Shown here: positions 36,833 through 46,710 of the stretch, one piece after another
How positions within the stretch are numbered: the first letter of the stretch is position 1
Layout: every line of letters starts with the position of its first letter
Assembly: GCA_964557575.1 (NCBI GenBank)
Contig: CAZLBC010000012.1
Location: 17,400 to 81,399, forward strand
Direction: 5' to 3'
From: an uncultured Planctomycetaceae bacterium
GTDB lineage: Bacteria > Planctomycetota > Phycisphaerae > SM23-33
Length of the DNA: 64,000 bases
Notes under the pieces: model-generated
Told to the model about the DNA's origin: nothing
Seen by the model: the letters and a program-made list of their open reading frames with translations, nothing else
Database searches by the model: none
Program-made: the position numbers and the translations under genes

Positions 36833-39771
36833 CGGGGATTGACCCGCCGGGTCGCATCGGGGATATACAGGGTTCCCAGGCCGTCCGGATTGTAGTAGTA
36901 CCGTTCCGCACCGGCCCAGTTCGACGCCTCGCGGCTCTGCGACGCATACCGCGCAAAGTTTATTCCCCAGAACCGGCTCTCGCCGTCGGCCCCGAAGGCG
37001 GCCCGGGGAATACGCATTTCCACCGTCCACGCGTCTTCCTTTCGCGCAACGGACACGTCCGCCCCCAGGGGAAACGGCCGAACGATACCGAGCGGGGGAT
37101 CACTGCCGATCCCGAGTTGCTGAACCGACACGCCGTTGGGTTTGACCACGATATGAAACAGCCCCTCCGGCGCGGATGCCGTCGATCCGGGATCGATAAT
37201 CATTTCGACCAGATCCTCGCCGCAGGCCAGCAACTGTTCGTAATGAATCCGGTTGTCATTGCGGATCGTCATACCCGAAAGGTCGGGTTCCCCGCACAGG
37301 AATCCGAAGTAGAGATACTGCTCATCGTGCATAACAAATACGACGGTCTGCCTGTCCGCCAGCCCGTTTTTTGTCCTGCCGCGCCTGCCGAGCAGCCGGA
37401 AATCACCGGCCGAATTATTCGCTTTCGAGGGCCAGTCGTCCAGTCGCCCGTCAATGCGGGGGGGGCGGATACACCGGGGCGCGATGATAAACGATATCTG
37501 CCCGTCGACCCGGTGCATGACGCGCTGATCGACCGACACCTCGACCCCGACCGGAACATGTCCCTTGACATCAACGGGCACATGGGGCCCGGTGATTTCC
37601 AGTTCCGCAACCCGCTTCGTGCCGGGTGCGAGGGCGGACAGTATTTTCTGATCTTCGCACCGCCGCCAGCCAGGGGGGAGCGCGTGTACCCGGAGACTGC
37701 AGTCGACCGCTTCCAGGCCGCCGTTGTAAAGATCCATTCTGAGGCGGGCCCGCACAGCGCCGATATCGGCCGCGCCGCCGGCAGTATCGGCCGTGGTTTC
37801 TTTCGGGCCCGCATGAACCTGTGCCATCATTCGTTCGACGCCGATCGTGTTGATACCCTCGCTGAACCGGGCCCACCGGACGCGGTCCGCGATATGATCC
37901 GGCGCGTTCTTCATATCCGGATGCACGGCCGCGGAAACCTTTTCGGCGAGAATCCGCCGGGCCGCTATCCAGGCGGAACCCTTCTCGACCCATCCACCGA
38001 TACGGGGATCGAGATAGTTGTCGCCCACGGCTTCGAGACCGGCGTACCGGACCAGTGAATTCAGTATTGCTTGGGCCGATTCATTCTGTCCGCGAACCCG
38101 GAGAATGTTGATATAGGCGATATCCTGCAGCCCCCTTCTCAGCCGTTTCAGGCGCACCGAGGGGAGTATCGTATCAATGCCGAAGGTATCCCCCGGATAG
38201 AACAGCCGGGCCTCCGCGCCTTTCGGCGTACCGTATATATCACCGCGCCAGTTCAATACATCCGGGAACAGCAGCCCGGACGCCCCGTACTTCGCGGCAA
38301 ACCACGGAATCGCGCGTACGCCTGAAGGTGTGGCCAGAATCGAAAGACAGGGAAGATACGGCGGCCTGCCGGGAGAAATCCACACGCCGGCCAGGGCGCC
38401 GGCCGAATCCTCATCACGGGCGCCGCCGGACGGTTGCAGCCATTGGGCGGGCGGGGAAACAATATCCGCCAGCGCGGAAAAATCAGCCGGCACCTTCCAG
38501 CCGGTCTGAGCCGGGGGACGGGACGGCAACCGCGTCAGTATGGGGATCTTCGGATCCGCGGACCTGATCAGGCCGGAAAGCCGCACGAACCGTGCATATC
38601 TCCGTTCATCGATGCGACCGCGACACGGCCACGCGAACACGGCATCCGCGGCGCCCAGCGAACGCAAATGTTCCCCGCTGAGCGATACGATGCGACGCAC
38701 GACGCTCGCATACTGTTCGGCGTGAATACCGCCGTAATAGTGCGGAACAGGCCACCGATCGGTTATCGGGACCGGCCAGGCGGACGCGCCGACCCGGTCC
38801 GCAAATGCCGTTCCGCTCACGCACGGAGCCGCAACCGCGTCATACCCGCTCCAGTCGAGGTGTATATTCCCCTGCAGATCGCGCTTGATCTTCGGATGCA
38901 GTTCCCGGTCGAAAAGATCAAGACGATGACGATGTCCGATCACGGCCAGTTCGCGCACTATGTTCAGTCCCTCAGCGACCGCGCGCCGCTCCGGGTCGAG
39001 GAAAATCGGCTCATAGGGTTTGCCGTTCCTGCGTATAAACCGCCTGAAAATATCGAGATGATTGAAACCGCCGACGGTTGCCAGCGGTTTCGTCTCCGGC
39101 AACACGAAGTCGTATACCTCGATTTCGATCGGAACAGTCTCCCCGCCCCAGAGAAAAGTGTCGATCTCGATTTCTCCGGTGTAGGTTCCCGGAAGCGTAT
39201 CGGCCGGCACCGCGAGGTCAACCCAGACGGCCAGCCGTTTTCCGCGGGACAGATCGAAGGGTTGTCCTTCGCCGGGCATATCCAACGGCACGAGCGGATC
39301 GTAATAGTTCGCTTCCTCGGGAACCGCGGGCACCAGCCGCAAGTACCAGGCGGGGAAATCCTTCACCGGTACGGGCAACATGCGGAAACCGCGAAAAGCA
39401 CCCTGCGGTATGGGCTTGCGCGTATTGCCGGTGGTCTCAAGCTTCTTGAAACTGATCGTGATATCAGACACGCTCCCCAGGGATCCGGCATCGAGAACAA
39501 GCTGAAAACTAACCGTTTCATTCGCGGCGGAAAACAACCGAACCGTTTTGTTGTCCTCCGTGAAAACCACCGTATCCCTGAACGCGGCGGTTTTGTCCGT
39601 CAGTTGATGCATGTCGGAAACCACCCAGACATCGAGATCGCCGGCACTCGGGAGGCCGTCGCACCCCGTGCACAGCAGGCAGGCCGCAAGCAGAACGTTT
39701 CCGACTGCCTTTCGCCCCGGCCCGGCTATCCGGGAAGACGGACACGATATTTCGAGGGATGAATAATCCAT
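36829..39771 (-). CDS. Lipoprotein with GH123/DUF4091-like region and C-terminal CBM9-like sugar-binding domain
   Basis: Lipobox CTGC; AANETVSFQLVL, VWVDL.VP...PGTY.G, LFYPG...PSVRLKRLRRGLQD; PRIDGRLDDW, W.VEMRIP, WGINFAR. Confidence 0.7.
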   Translation of the reverse strand: MDYSSLEISCPSSRIAGPGRKAVGNVLLAACLLCTGCDGLPSAGDLDVWVVSDMHQLTDKTAAFRDTVVFTEDNKTVRLFSAANETVSFQLVLDAGSLGSVSDITISFKKLETTGNTRKPIPQGAFRGFRMLPVPVKDFPAWYLRLVPAVPEEANYYDPLVPLDMPGEGQPFDLSRGKRLAVWVDLAVPADTLPGTYTGEIEIDTFLWGGETVPIEIEVYDFVLPETKPLATVGGFNHLDIFRRFIRRNGKPYEPIFLDPERRAVAEGLNIVRELAVIGHRHRLDLFDRELHPKIKRDLQGNIHLDWSGYDAVAAPCVSGTAFADRVGASAWPVPITDRWPVPHYYGGIHAEQYASVVRRIVSLSGEHLRSLGAADAVFAWPCRGRIDERRYARFVRLSGLIRSADPKIPILTRLPSRPPAQTGWKVPADFSALADIVSPPAQWLQPSGGARDEDSAGALAGVWISPGRPPYLPCLSILATPSGVRAIPWFAAKYGASGLLFPDVLNWRGDIYGTPKGAEARLFYPGDTFGIDTILPSVRLKRLRRGLQDIAYINILRVRGQNESAQAILNSLVRYAGLEAVGDNYLDPRIGGWVEKGSAWIAARRILAEKVSAAVHPDMKNAPDHIADRVRWARFSEGINTIGVERMMAQVHAGPKETTADTAGGAADIGAVRARLRMDLYNGGLEAVDCSLRVHALPPGWRRCEDQKILSALAPGTKRVAELEITGPHVPVDVKGHVPVGVEVSVDQRVMHRVDGQISFIIAPRCIRPPRIDGRLDDWPSKANNSAGDFRLLGRRGRTKNGLADRQTVVFVMHDEQYLYFGFLCGEPDLSGMTIRNDNRIHYEQLLACGEDLVEMIIDPGSTASAPEGLFHIVVKPNGVSVQQLGIGSDPPLGIVRPFPLGADVSVARKEDAWTVEMRIPRAAFGADGESRFWGINFARYASQSREASNWAGAERYYYNPDGLGTLYIPDATRRVNPR

Positions 39772-39863
39772 TTCGGTACCGCACGATTATATTGAGGATA
39801 TCCTTTTTACGAAAGGGTCTTGATAGACGGACGGAATATGTGCTAATTAGAAATCGAAAGATT

Positions 39864-40502
39864 ATGTGCGCCCCTTCATATGAATCCCGCTTTATCGTGA
39901 TTGACGGACCGGACGGTGCCGGCAAGACCACCCAGGTCGACATGCTCAGGGAGTTCCTCGAATCCACCGGGCAATCCACCGTCGTTGCGACTGATCCGGG
40001 TGGAACGGATATCGGTCGTCGCCTCAGGGATATCCTGCTGCACGAACCGCACCGGGCGATGAATCCGCGCTGCGAAACACTGCTCTTCATGGCCAGCCGC
40101 GCACAACTCGTCGATGAAGTGATACGCCCCGCCCTCCGGTCCGGCGCGGCCGTCATATGCGATAGATACGTTTCGGCCACCATCGCGTACCAGGGAGCGC
40201 TCGGCATCGAAACCGGGGATATTATTACCCTGGCGGCTTTCGCGACGGACGCCCTGTGGCCGGACGTCACCGTGGTTCTCGATATCCCCCCGGAAGACGG
40301 CATGCGGCGAGCGGGACAGAGTCCCGACCGGCTGGAATCCCGGGAAACAGGATACCACCGCGCAGTCCGTCAGGCCTTTCTCGAACTGGAGGACACCTAC
40401 CCGGGTCCGGTTCGGCTTGTCGGCGCGGAAGGCTCTCCGCAGGACATTCACCGTCGAATCCGCCAGATACTGGAATGCCAATGTGACAACGACACCTCTT
40501 GA
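39864..40502 (+). CDS. tmk: Thymidylate kinase
   Basis: FIVIDGPDGAGKTTQ, LLFMASRAQ, CDRYVSATIAYQG, DRLE. Confidence 0.96.
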   Translation: MCAPSYESRFIVIDGPDGAGKTTQVDMLREFLESTGQSTVVATDPGGTDIGRRLRDILLHEPHRAMNPRCETLLFMASRAQLVDEVIRPALRSGAAVICDRYVSATIAYQGALGIETGDIITLAAFATDALWPDVTVVLDIPPEDGMRRAGQSPDRLESRETGYHRAVRQAFLELEDTYPGPVRLVGAEGSPQDIHRRIRQILECQCDNDTS

Positions 40503-41634
40503 ACAGATAGAAGGACAACAGGAAGCGATAGACATGATCCTGGCGAACATCGCTTCGGATCGCCTGCATCACGCATGCATTTTCTCAGGGCCCGGCGGCG
40601 TCGGGCGGCGCACCACCGCCATCGCTCTCGCCAAGCTCATACTGTGCGAAAAAGATTCATCAGAACAGGGGCTTTTCACCGGGGGGGACCAACCCGGCAA
40701 CCGCGAAGCCTGCGGCGTATGCGAAAGCTGCCGCATGATGGATGCGGATACCCATCCGGATTTTCACCTGGTTTACAAGGAACTGATTCAGTTTCACTCC
40801 GACAAAACGAAACGCGACAGGAAGATGCAGGCGATGGGGATCGACGTTGTCAGGGAATTCCTGATCGACCCGGCCGGCCGCCGGCCCGTTCGCGGTGTCG
40901 GAAGAATATTCCTGATACTGGAGGCGGAACTGCTGTCGACGGAAGCCCAGAACGCCCTTCTCAAAACGCTGGAAGAACCACCCGCTGGGGTCATGATCAT
41001 ACTGATGTGCCCGAACCCGGAACTGCTCCTGCCGACAACCAGGAGCCGGTGCGGATTGTATCGTTTTGCGCCACTCTCGACGGAATTCATCGTCAGCCGG
41101 CTTGCCGCGGAGGACATCGACAGAACCGAAGGTGCTTTCTGGGCCGCGTTTACCGGCGGTTCACTCGGCGAGTCGCTCGATCTCGCCAAACGCGGCGTCT
41201 ATGAAATCAAGACGGAGGTCGTCGACGACATAGCGCGCCTTGATGCGGATAACGGCGAAAACCTCGGCGAAAAGCTCAACAAGATCACCGAAAAGATGAG
41301 CGAGGAGATAATCAAAAGAACAAAGAAAAAACGGGGTGTCGAATTGAGCGTGCTGCTCGCCCGGCGGAAAGCAACGGCCGTTATGGTGCGTATCGTGGCC
41401 TCCCTCGTAAATGATGCCATGGCCGTTTCGGCGGAAGTCGACCGGGCGCCGGTGAATGCCGACCAGCCCGGAGCGATTCAGCGCATGGCGAGCAGGATGG
41501 ACGCCGTACACCTGGCTCGCGCCATTCGACAGCTCTCGGAACTCGAACGCTGCATATGGAGAAATGTAAATCCAAAAGTAGTTTGGGATAACGTTGTGAT
41601 CACCTGTTCGTCGGCGGCACCCCTTCACCTGTAA
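40483..41634 (+). CDS. holB: DNA polymerase III delta' subunit
   Basis: HA.IFSGP.GVG, CGVCESC, HPDF, AQNALLKTLEEPP, LPT.RSRC; follows tmk. Confidence 0.92.
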   Translation: MTTTPLEQIEGQQEAIDMILANIASDRLHHACIFSGPGGVGRRTTAIALAKLILCEKDSSEQGLFTGGDQPGNREACGVCESCRMMDADTHPDFHLVYKELIQFHSDKTKRDRKMQAMGIDVVREFLIDPAGRRPVRGVGRIFLILEAELLSTEAQNALLKTLEEPPAGVMIILMCPNPELLLPTTRSRCGLYRFAPLSTEFIVSRLAAEDIDRTEGAFWAAFTGGSLGESLDLAKRGVYEIKTEVVDDIARLDADNGENLGEKLNKITEKMSEEIIKRTKKKRGVELSVLLARRKATAVMVRIVASLVNDAMAVSAEVDRAPVNADQPGAIQRMASRMDAVHLARAIRQLSELERCIWRNVNPKVVWDNVVITCSSAAPLHL

Positions 41635-41713
41635 ATTCACCCCTTTTCTTGCCGGCCGGCGCGACGGGCGGCGGCTGCGAACCCTCAATCGAGCTGTTAC
41701 AGAGCACTAATCA

Positions 41714-41742
41714 TTGATTTTTTTGCATAAAAGCCGTAGATT
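41714..41742 (+). promoter_or_regulatory. Sigma70-type promoter of the LPS cluster
   Basis: TTGATT-17 nt-TAGATT, 9 nt before ATG 41752. Confidence 0.5.
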
Positions 41743-41751
41743 ACGCGGCCT

Positions 41752-43914
41752 ATGAAGGATTTCTACAGATCAGTCAGGTATCTTAAACCGCAGATTCCCC
41801 GACTCATACCGGCGGTCATCTGCGTCATCCTGATCGCCGTCCTCTGGGGCGGCGGCCTGGGCATGGCGCTGCCCGCCATGAAAGTGCTCATTTCGGATGA
41901 GGGAATTCACGGTTGGGCGTGGAACGAGTTGACGCAGGACAAGATCGGCTCCAACATCAAACACCGAAAAGTTCCCCCCATCATGCAGAAAAATTTCGAC
42001 CTGCCCGAAACGGCGCTGAGAATCTTCGATATCCGGGGGGACCGGGACAAGCCCGGACCCGCGCGAAAGGCGGGCTTGTCGGAGGATGACTGGATTATCC
42101 ACGCCCGGTACGGACCGGTGACCGTTTCCTCATCGGACGCCCTGACCCGCAGGATTGCGCGCACCGCACCGGGCGCCACGGTAACCCTCGCCGCGTTCAA
42201 CGAAAAGACGGAGTCCGTGAGGGATGTGACCGTCGTCATCGACCGGCCCGGCAGAATGAGCCAATGGCTGGGCCGCATCGCGGAATATCTTGGTGAGGCA
42301 GACTCGTTCGAGGACCGGTATCCCCCCTTTCTCTACCTGCTGGTAGTAGTCGGCATCATGACGGTCGCCCGAAACGTCCTGCGGTTTTTTCAGGAATACC
42401 TGGTCCGGACCGCCGTCTACCGGGGCATGATGGACATTCGGTGCGATAATTTTGATGCCGCCCTGCACCAGCCGTTGACGTTTTTTTCCGAGGAGGGGAC
42501 GACGGACACGATGAGCCGGTTTGTGCAGGACATTAATTTCCTTACGCGGGCGCATATCACCCTGTTCGGCAAGACGCTCGTCGAGCCGGCCAAGGGGGCC
42601 GCGGTCCTGCTGGTGGCGTTCTATTTCAGTTGGGAGATGACCCTGATCGCCCTGATCGGGGGACCCGTCGCGTACTTCCTGATACGGCTGTTCGGCAAAA
42701 TAATGAAAAAGGCCAGCCGGCGGGCGTTGGGAAACTGGTCAAGCATGTTGTCCATTTTGCAGGAAACTCTCGGCGGCATCCGGGTGGTCAAGGCATACGC
42801 CATGGAGGCCGCGGAGCGAAGGAGATTCCTGGTAACGAATCGCCGCCTCTACAAGCAGCAGCGCAGGATAGCCCGGGTCAACGCGGCCGCCGGTCCGAGC
42901 GTGGAAGTACTCGGCATGTTCGCCGCGGGCGGGGCGGCTGTGGGCGCCGGATACATGGTCTTCCACGAAGGCATGGATCCGGAGATATTCATTTCCTGGA
43001 TGATATGCCTGGCCGGCATGTACGATCCGGTCCGAAAGCTCTCCAAGGTAGCAACCCGTTTCCACCAGGGAGATGCGGCTGCGTCCCGCATTTTCGAACT
43101 GCATGACCGTGAACGGGAAAAGAGAACGCCGCTTGCACCCACCCTGCCGCGGCACCGCGAATTTCTGTGTTTCGAACATGTTTCCTTTACGTATCCCAAC
43201 AGGGCCGCGCCGGCCGTCTGCGATATCAACCTCGATATCAGGTCCGGACAGACCGTAAGTTTTGTCGGCCCGAACGGGTCGGGAAAAACAACCCTGCTCA
43301 GCCTGCTCCCCCGGCTTCTGGAACCGCGGGAGGGGAGGATACTGATCGATGGTAAGGATATATCAACCCATTCCGTGCGATCGCTGCGGCGGCAGATCGC
43401 GCTGGTCACCCAGGAAAATATCATATTCAACGCAACTATAGCGGAAAACATCGCCTACGGTCTCAGGCATCCCCGCCCCGGCCAGGTGGAGGATGCAGCG
43501 GAACGGGCTTTCGTGACGGAATTCGCCCGCAATCTGCCCGACGGCCTGGACACCCTGGTCGGCCAGGAAGGCGCCAAGCTCTCGGGCGGCCAGCGGCAGC
43601 GCATCGCGATAGCACGGGCCATCATACGCGATCCGGCGATACTGATATTCGACGAGGCGCTCAGCCAGATAGATTCCGAAAGCGAACAGAAGATTCATCA
43701 TGCGTTGAGCGATTTTATACAAAATCGCACGACACTCATGATCGCCCATCGTTTCAGCACGATTATCGAAGCCGATTTCATCACCGTCATGTGCGAGGGT
43801 CGCATTCTGGCGACGGGCACACACGAGCAGCTCCTCAGCGGCTGCGGCCTCTACCAGCAATTGTGTCAAACGCAGTTCATCGGGTCTGAAGGAAAGGCTG
43901 ACGATAGAGAATGA
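41752..43914 (+). CDS. MsbA-like ABC exporter with a PDZ-like insertion in the first extracytoplasmic loop
   Basis: TMD+NBD: GPNGSGKTT, LSGGQRQRIAIARA, IFDEA; insert with GPARKAGL..DD.I. Confidence 0.88.
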   Translation: MKDFYRSVRYLKPQIPRLIPAVICVILIAVLWGGGLGMALPAMKVLISDEGIHGWAWNELTQDKIGSNIKHRKVPPIMQKNFDLPETALRIFDIRGDRDKPGPARKAGLSEDDWIIHARYGPVTVSSSDALTRRIARTAPGATVTLAAFNEKTESVRDVTVVIDRPGRMSQWLGRIAEYLGEADSFEDRYPPFLYLLVVVGIMTVARNVLRFFQEYLVRTAVYRGMMDIRCDNFDAALHQPLTFFSEEGTTDTMSRFVQDINFLTRAHITLFGKTLVEPAKGAAVLLVAFYFSWEMTLIALIGGPVAYFLIRLFGKIMKKASRRALGNWSSMLSILQETLGGIRVVKAYAMEAAERRRFLVTNRRLYKQQRRIARVNAAAGPSVEVLGMFAAGGAAVGAGYMVFHEGMDPEIFISWMICLAGMYDPVRKLSKVATRFHQGDAAASRIFELHDREREKRTPLAPTLPRHREFLCFEHVSFTYPNRAAPAVCDINLDIRSGQTVSFVGPNGSGKTTLLSLLPRLLEPREGRILIDGKDISTHSVRSLRRQIALVTQENIIFNATIAENIAYGLRHPRPGQVEDAAERAFVTEFARNLPDGLDTLVGQEGAKLSGGQRQRIAIARAIIRDPAILIFDEALSQIDSESEQKIHHALSDFIQNRTTLMIAHRFSTIIEADFITVMCEGRILATGTHEQLLSGCGLYQQLCQTQFIGSEGKADDRE

Positions 43915-44960
43915 GCCGCGCGGTACACCTTGTCGATCATTCCACGCCCGAGGAAATGATGGATCAACTGCTGAAGCTGAAACGCCCGCAGGAGCGGATA
44001 CTGTCCCTCGGACCCCCTCCTCCCGTTCCGGACAATGTTGACGTCACCGCTCTGCACGTACCGCTCGGCCTCCCGGCGCTGGGAAAGCGCGGGCTGTGTC
44101 GTCACATCGGCCCCGCAACTGTTCTTCACGCCTGGTCGCCTCATCTTGCCGGGCCGGCAGCCCGCGCAGCGGCAGCACACGGCGGGAAAGCACTGTATTC
44201 AATCCACTGCCTGCCGACGGGCGCCAAACGCGAAGAACTTCCGTGGCTCATAGGCTCACTGGATATCATTCTGACGGTACCCGGTACGGAAAGCAGGGAA
44301 ACGCTCCTCGCGTGCGGTGCCGATCCGAACCTGGTGAGTGTTTTGCCCCCCGCGGTATCGCCGAACCGGCCTGACCCGGAACGGATAGCCGCAATACGCA
44401 GTGCAGCAGGGGTAGGAAAAGACGAACTGCTGCTGACCGCGCCGGCGGAAATGACACACGGCGCCGGCCACAAACCGGCGATATGGGCCTATGCTATCGT
44501 GCGGCGGGTCCGCGAGGGGATCCGCCTGGTTATTCCCGGCGACGGCACACTGCGTCGATCCCTCTTCACCTTCGCGAAATCAACCGGCTACGATGACGAG
44601 ATCCTGTTTACCGGTCACCGGTATTCCCCGCGCGAAATCATGGAGGCCGCCGACATCGCGCTTTTCTGCTGCGAACAAACGATCGGGCCGGTGCGTCCGA
44701 TTGAAGCCATGGCCGCCGAAAACGCCCTGATAATCACCACTATCTCCGATCTCACTCCCGCATCGGGCAAACAGAATCATACGGCGATCACTATTGACGA
44801 ACCAAGCCCGGAAAACGTGGCCCGGGCGATCCTCGAGCTTGTCGATTCCCCGGGTCAGCGGGCCCGCCTCGCCGCCGATGCCCGTTCATACACTCACAAT
44901 AATTTTGCCGATACCCTCGTTAGATCGCAGTTGGATGATGTGTATGAATGCCTCCGGTAA
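43911..44960 (+). CDS. GT-B glycosyltransferase family 4-like protein
   Basis: LVIPGDG.LR, I.F.G, M.AADI, IEAMAA; ATGA-coupled to the ABC exporter. Confidence 0.75.
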   Translation: MSRAVHLVDHSTPEEMMDQLLKLKRPQERILSLGPPPPVPDNVDVTALHVPLGLPALGKRGLCRHIGPATVLHAWSPHLAGPAARAAAAHGGKALYSIHCLPTGAKREELPWLIGSLDIILTVPGTESRETLLACGADPNLVSVLPPAVSPNRPDPERIAAIRSAAGVGKDELLLTAPAEMTHGAGHKPAIWAYAIVRRVREGIRLVIPGDGTLRRSLFTFAKSTGYDDEILFTGHRYSPREIMEAADIALFCCEQTIGPVRPIEAMAAENALIITTISDLTPASGKQNHTAITIDEPSPENVARAILELVDSPGQRARLAADARSYTHNNFADTLVRSQLDDVYECLR

Positions 44961-46710
44961 AAAGCGTTCCGCTGCAAGGGAAGTGCCGACAGCCGGGTCC
45001 GTGCGCTACCCGAATGCCGCGGCGCGGGACCTGCTGCAGGGCCATCTCCACGTATTGCGGGATCCGGCAAGCAACGGCTGGACCATGGTGAAGCACAACC
45101 CCAACCGCACCGTTTACCGCGGACGTATCGGCTCGTGCGAGTTGTACGTGAAGCACTATCACGGCACCTCGCTTTCCCACCGGATGCGGGCATTCCTGGG
45201 CATGTACGATGCCCTGCGGGAGATGCAGTTTGCCGAACTGTTGAATGAGGCGGGTGTCCATACTCCCCGGCCGCTTGCGTGCGAGACGGGCAGATTCAAC
45301 TGGCTGGCGACACGCGCGGTCCATCCCTCCCGGACGGCGGATAGCTGGCACCTGGCACAACTGCATGAAGGAAAAAACGGCCGGAACAAGGTAACGGCAT
45401 GTACCATTGCCCTCGCGCGTATGATAGGCAAAATGCACACCGCCGGGGTCCTCCACTGCGATCTGCACTGCGGGAATATCTTGATCAGAACCGATACGAA
45501 AAAACCGGTGCCCGTCATTACCGACCTGCACCGCATGAAACGGCACAAACGGCTGACGAGAAAACAGATGGCGCAGAACCTTTCCCAACTGTACCGGGAC
45601 CGTTTTTTTTACACCACGAGGACCGAGCGTTTTCGTTTTCTGAAGCAGTACCTCGAACATGCTCCGGCCGGCGGTTCCCGGTGGGGATGGATGTACCTCG
45701 TGGAACTGTTCGCCCACCGCGATGCTTCATATCAATACCGCAAGCGGGATCGCCGCATCTCCGGGAACAACAGCTATTTCACCAGACTTACATTGCCCGG
45801 CGGATGGCGCGGCAATGTAATCCTCCGGTCGAAACGCAAACCCGTCGGAACCAACGCGGGAGAAATGGTATTCACCCGCGACGATTGGCGGGACGCGTTG
45901 TCCGAACCGGAAACACTCACCCTGAGCGATGCGGGGGAAACAATCAAGTGCTCCCGCTCGGGAACGGTGATACACCGATCGCTGAACGTGGGCGGACGCA
46001 CACTCGACGTGTACGTAAAAAGGCCGAAACTGAAAACGGCGTGGAAAATATTCCTCAGCATGTTTCGGCAATCGCGAAGCCGGAAAGCCTTCGCGCTGGG
46101 GCATAAGCTCCTCACGCGACACATCCCCGCGGCCCTTCCCCTGGCCGCTCTCGAACGGAGACGGTTTTTCCTCCTGAAGGACAGCATCCTTATAACCGAA
46201 GCGGTTAACGCGCCCCACCTTCACGATTTCATGGTCAGGTGGTTCGGGGATTATTCCCGAAACGATAACGGGATCAGCGCGAAAACAAGACGGCGGCTGT
46301 ACCGTGACATCCTTCTGGAACTCGGCCGGATGGTACAGCGTCTTCACGCCAACGGGTTTTTCCATCGCGATCTGAAGGCGACGAATATACGGGTACACTG
46401 GAATCATCAGGAACACCGGACACCGACAATACTGCTGGTCGATCTCGACGGCATGTGTCAGGTCAGGTTCATGACATCGCGGCGGAGATTTCGCGGCGTG
46501 ATGAGACTGAATGTCTCGCTTCTCCAGTGCCCTCCCGTCAATAACTCCGGCCGGCTGCGAATGCTGATGGGTTACCTGAACCGGTTCGGTCTGGAATACA
46601 GGAATTTCAAATCCTTCTGGCGTCTTATCGAGGAATGGTCGGAAAGGAAACTGCAAAAGCAGATTCGCTCGCGGCGACGGCGGCAAAAAGCAGCGAGAAA
46701 ACCCCGATGA
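44944..46710 (+). CDS. Tandem lipopolysaccharide kinase (Kdo/WaaP/InaA family)
   Basis: Two kinase domains: LYVK..HCDLHCGNIL..DL and VYVK..HRDLKATNI..VDLDG. Confidence 0.85.
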   Translation: MNASGKKRSAAREVPTAGSVRYPNAAARDLLQGHLHVLRDPASNGWTMVKHNPNRTVYRGRIGSCELYVKHYHGTSLSHRMRAFLGMYDALREMQFAELLNEAGVHTPRPLACETGRFNWLATRAVHPSRTADSWHLAQLHEGKNGRNKVTACTIALARMIGKMHTAGVLHCDLHCGNILIRTDTKKPVPVITDLHRMKRHKRLTRKQMAQNLSQLYRDRFFYTTRTERFRFLKQYLEHAPAGGSRWGWMYLVELFAHRDASYQYRKRDRRISGNNSYFTRLTLPGGWRGNVILRSKRKPVGTNAGEMVFTRDDWRDALSEPETLTLSDAGETIKCSRSGTVIHRSLNVGGRTLDVYVKRPKLKTAWKIFLSMFRQSRSRKAFALGHKLLTRHIPAALPLAALERRRFFLLKDSILITEAVNAPHLHDFMVRWFGDYSRNDNGISAKTRRRLYRDILLELGRMVQRLHANGFFHRDLKATNIRVHWNHQEHRTPTILLVDLDGMCQVRFMTSRRRFRGVMRLNVSLLQCPPVNNSGRLRMLMGYLNRFGLEYRNFKSFWRLIEEWSERKLQKQIRSRRRRQKAARKPR

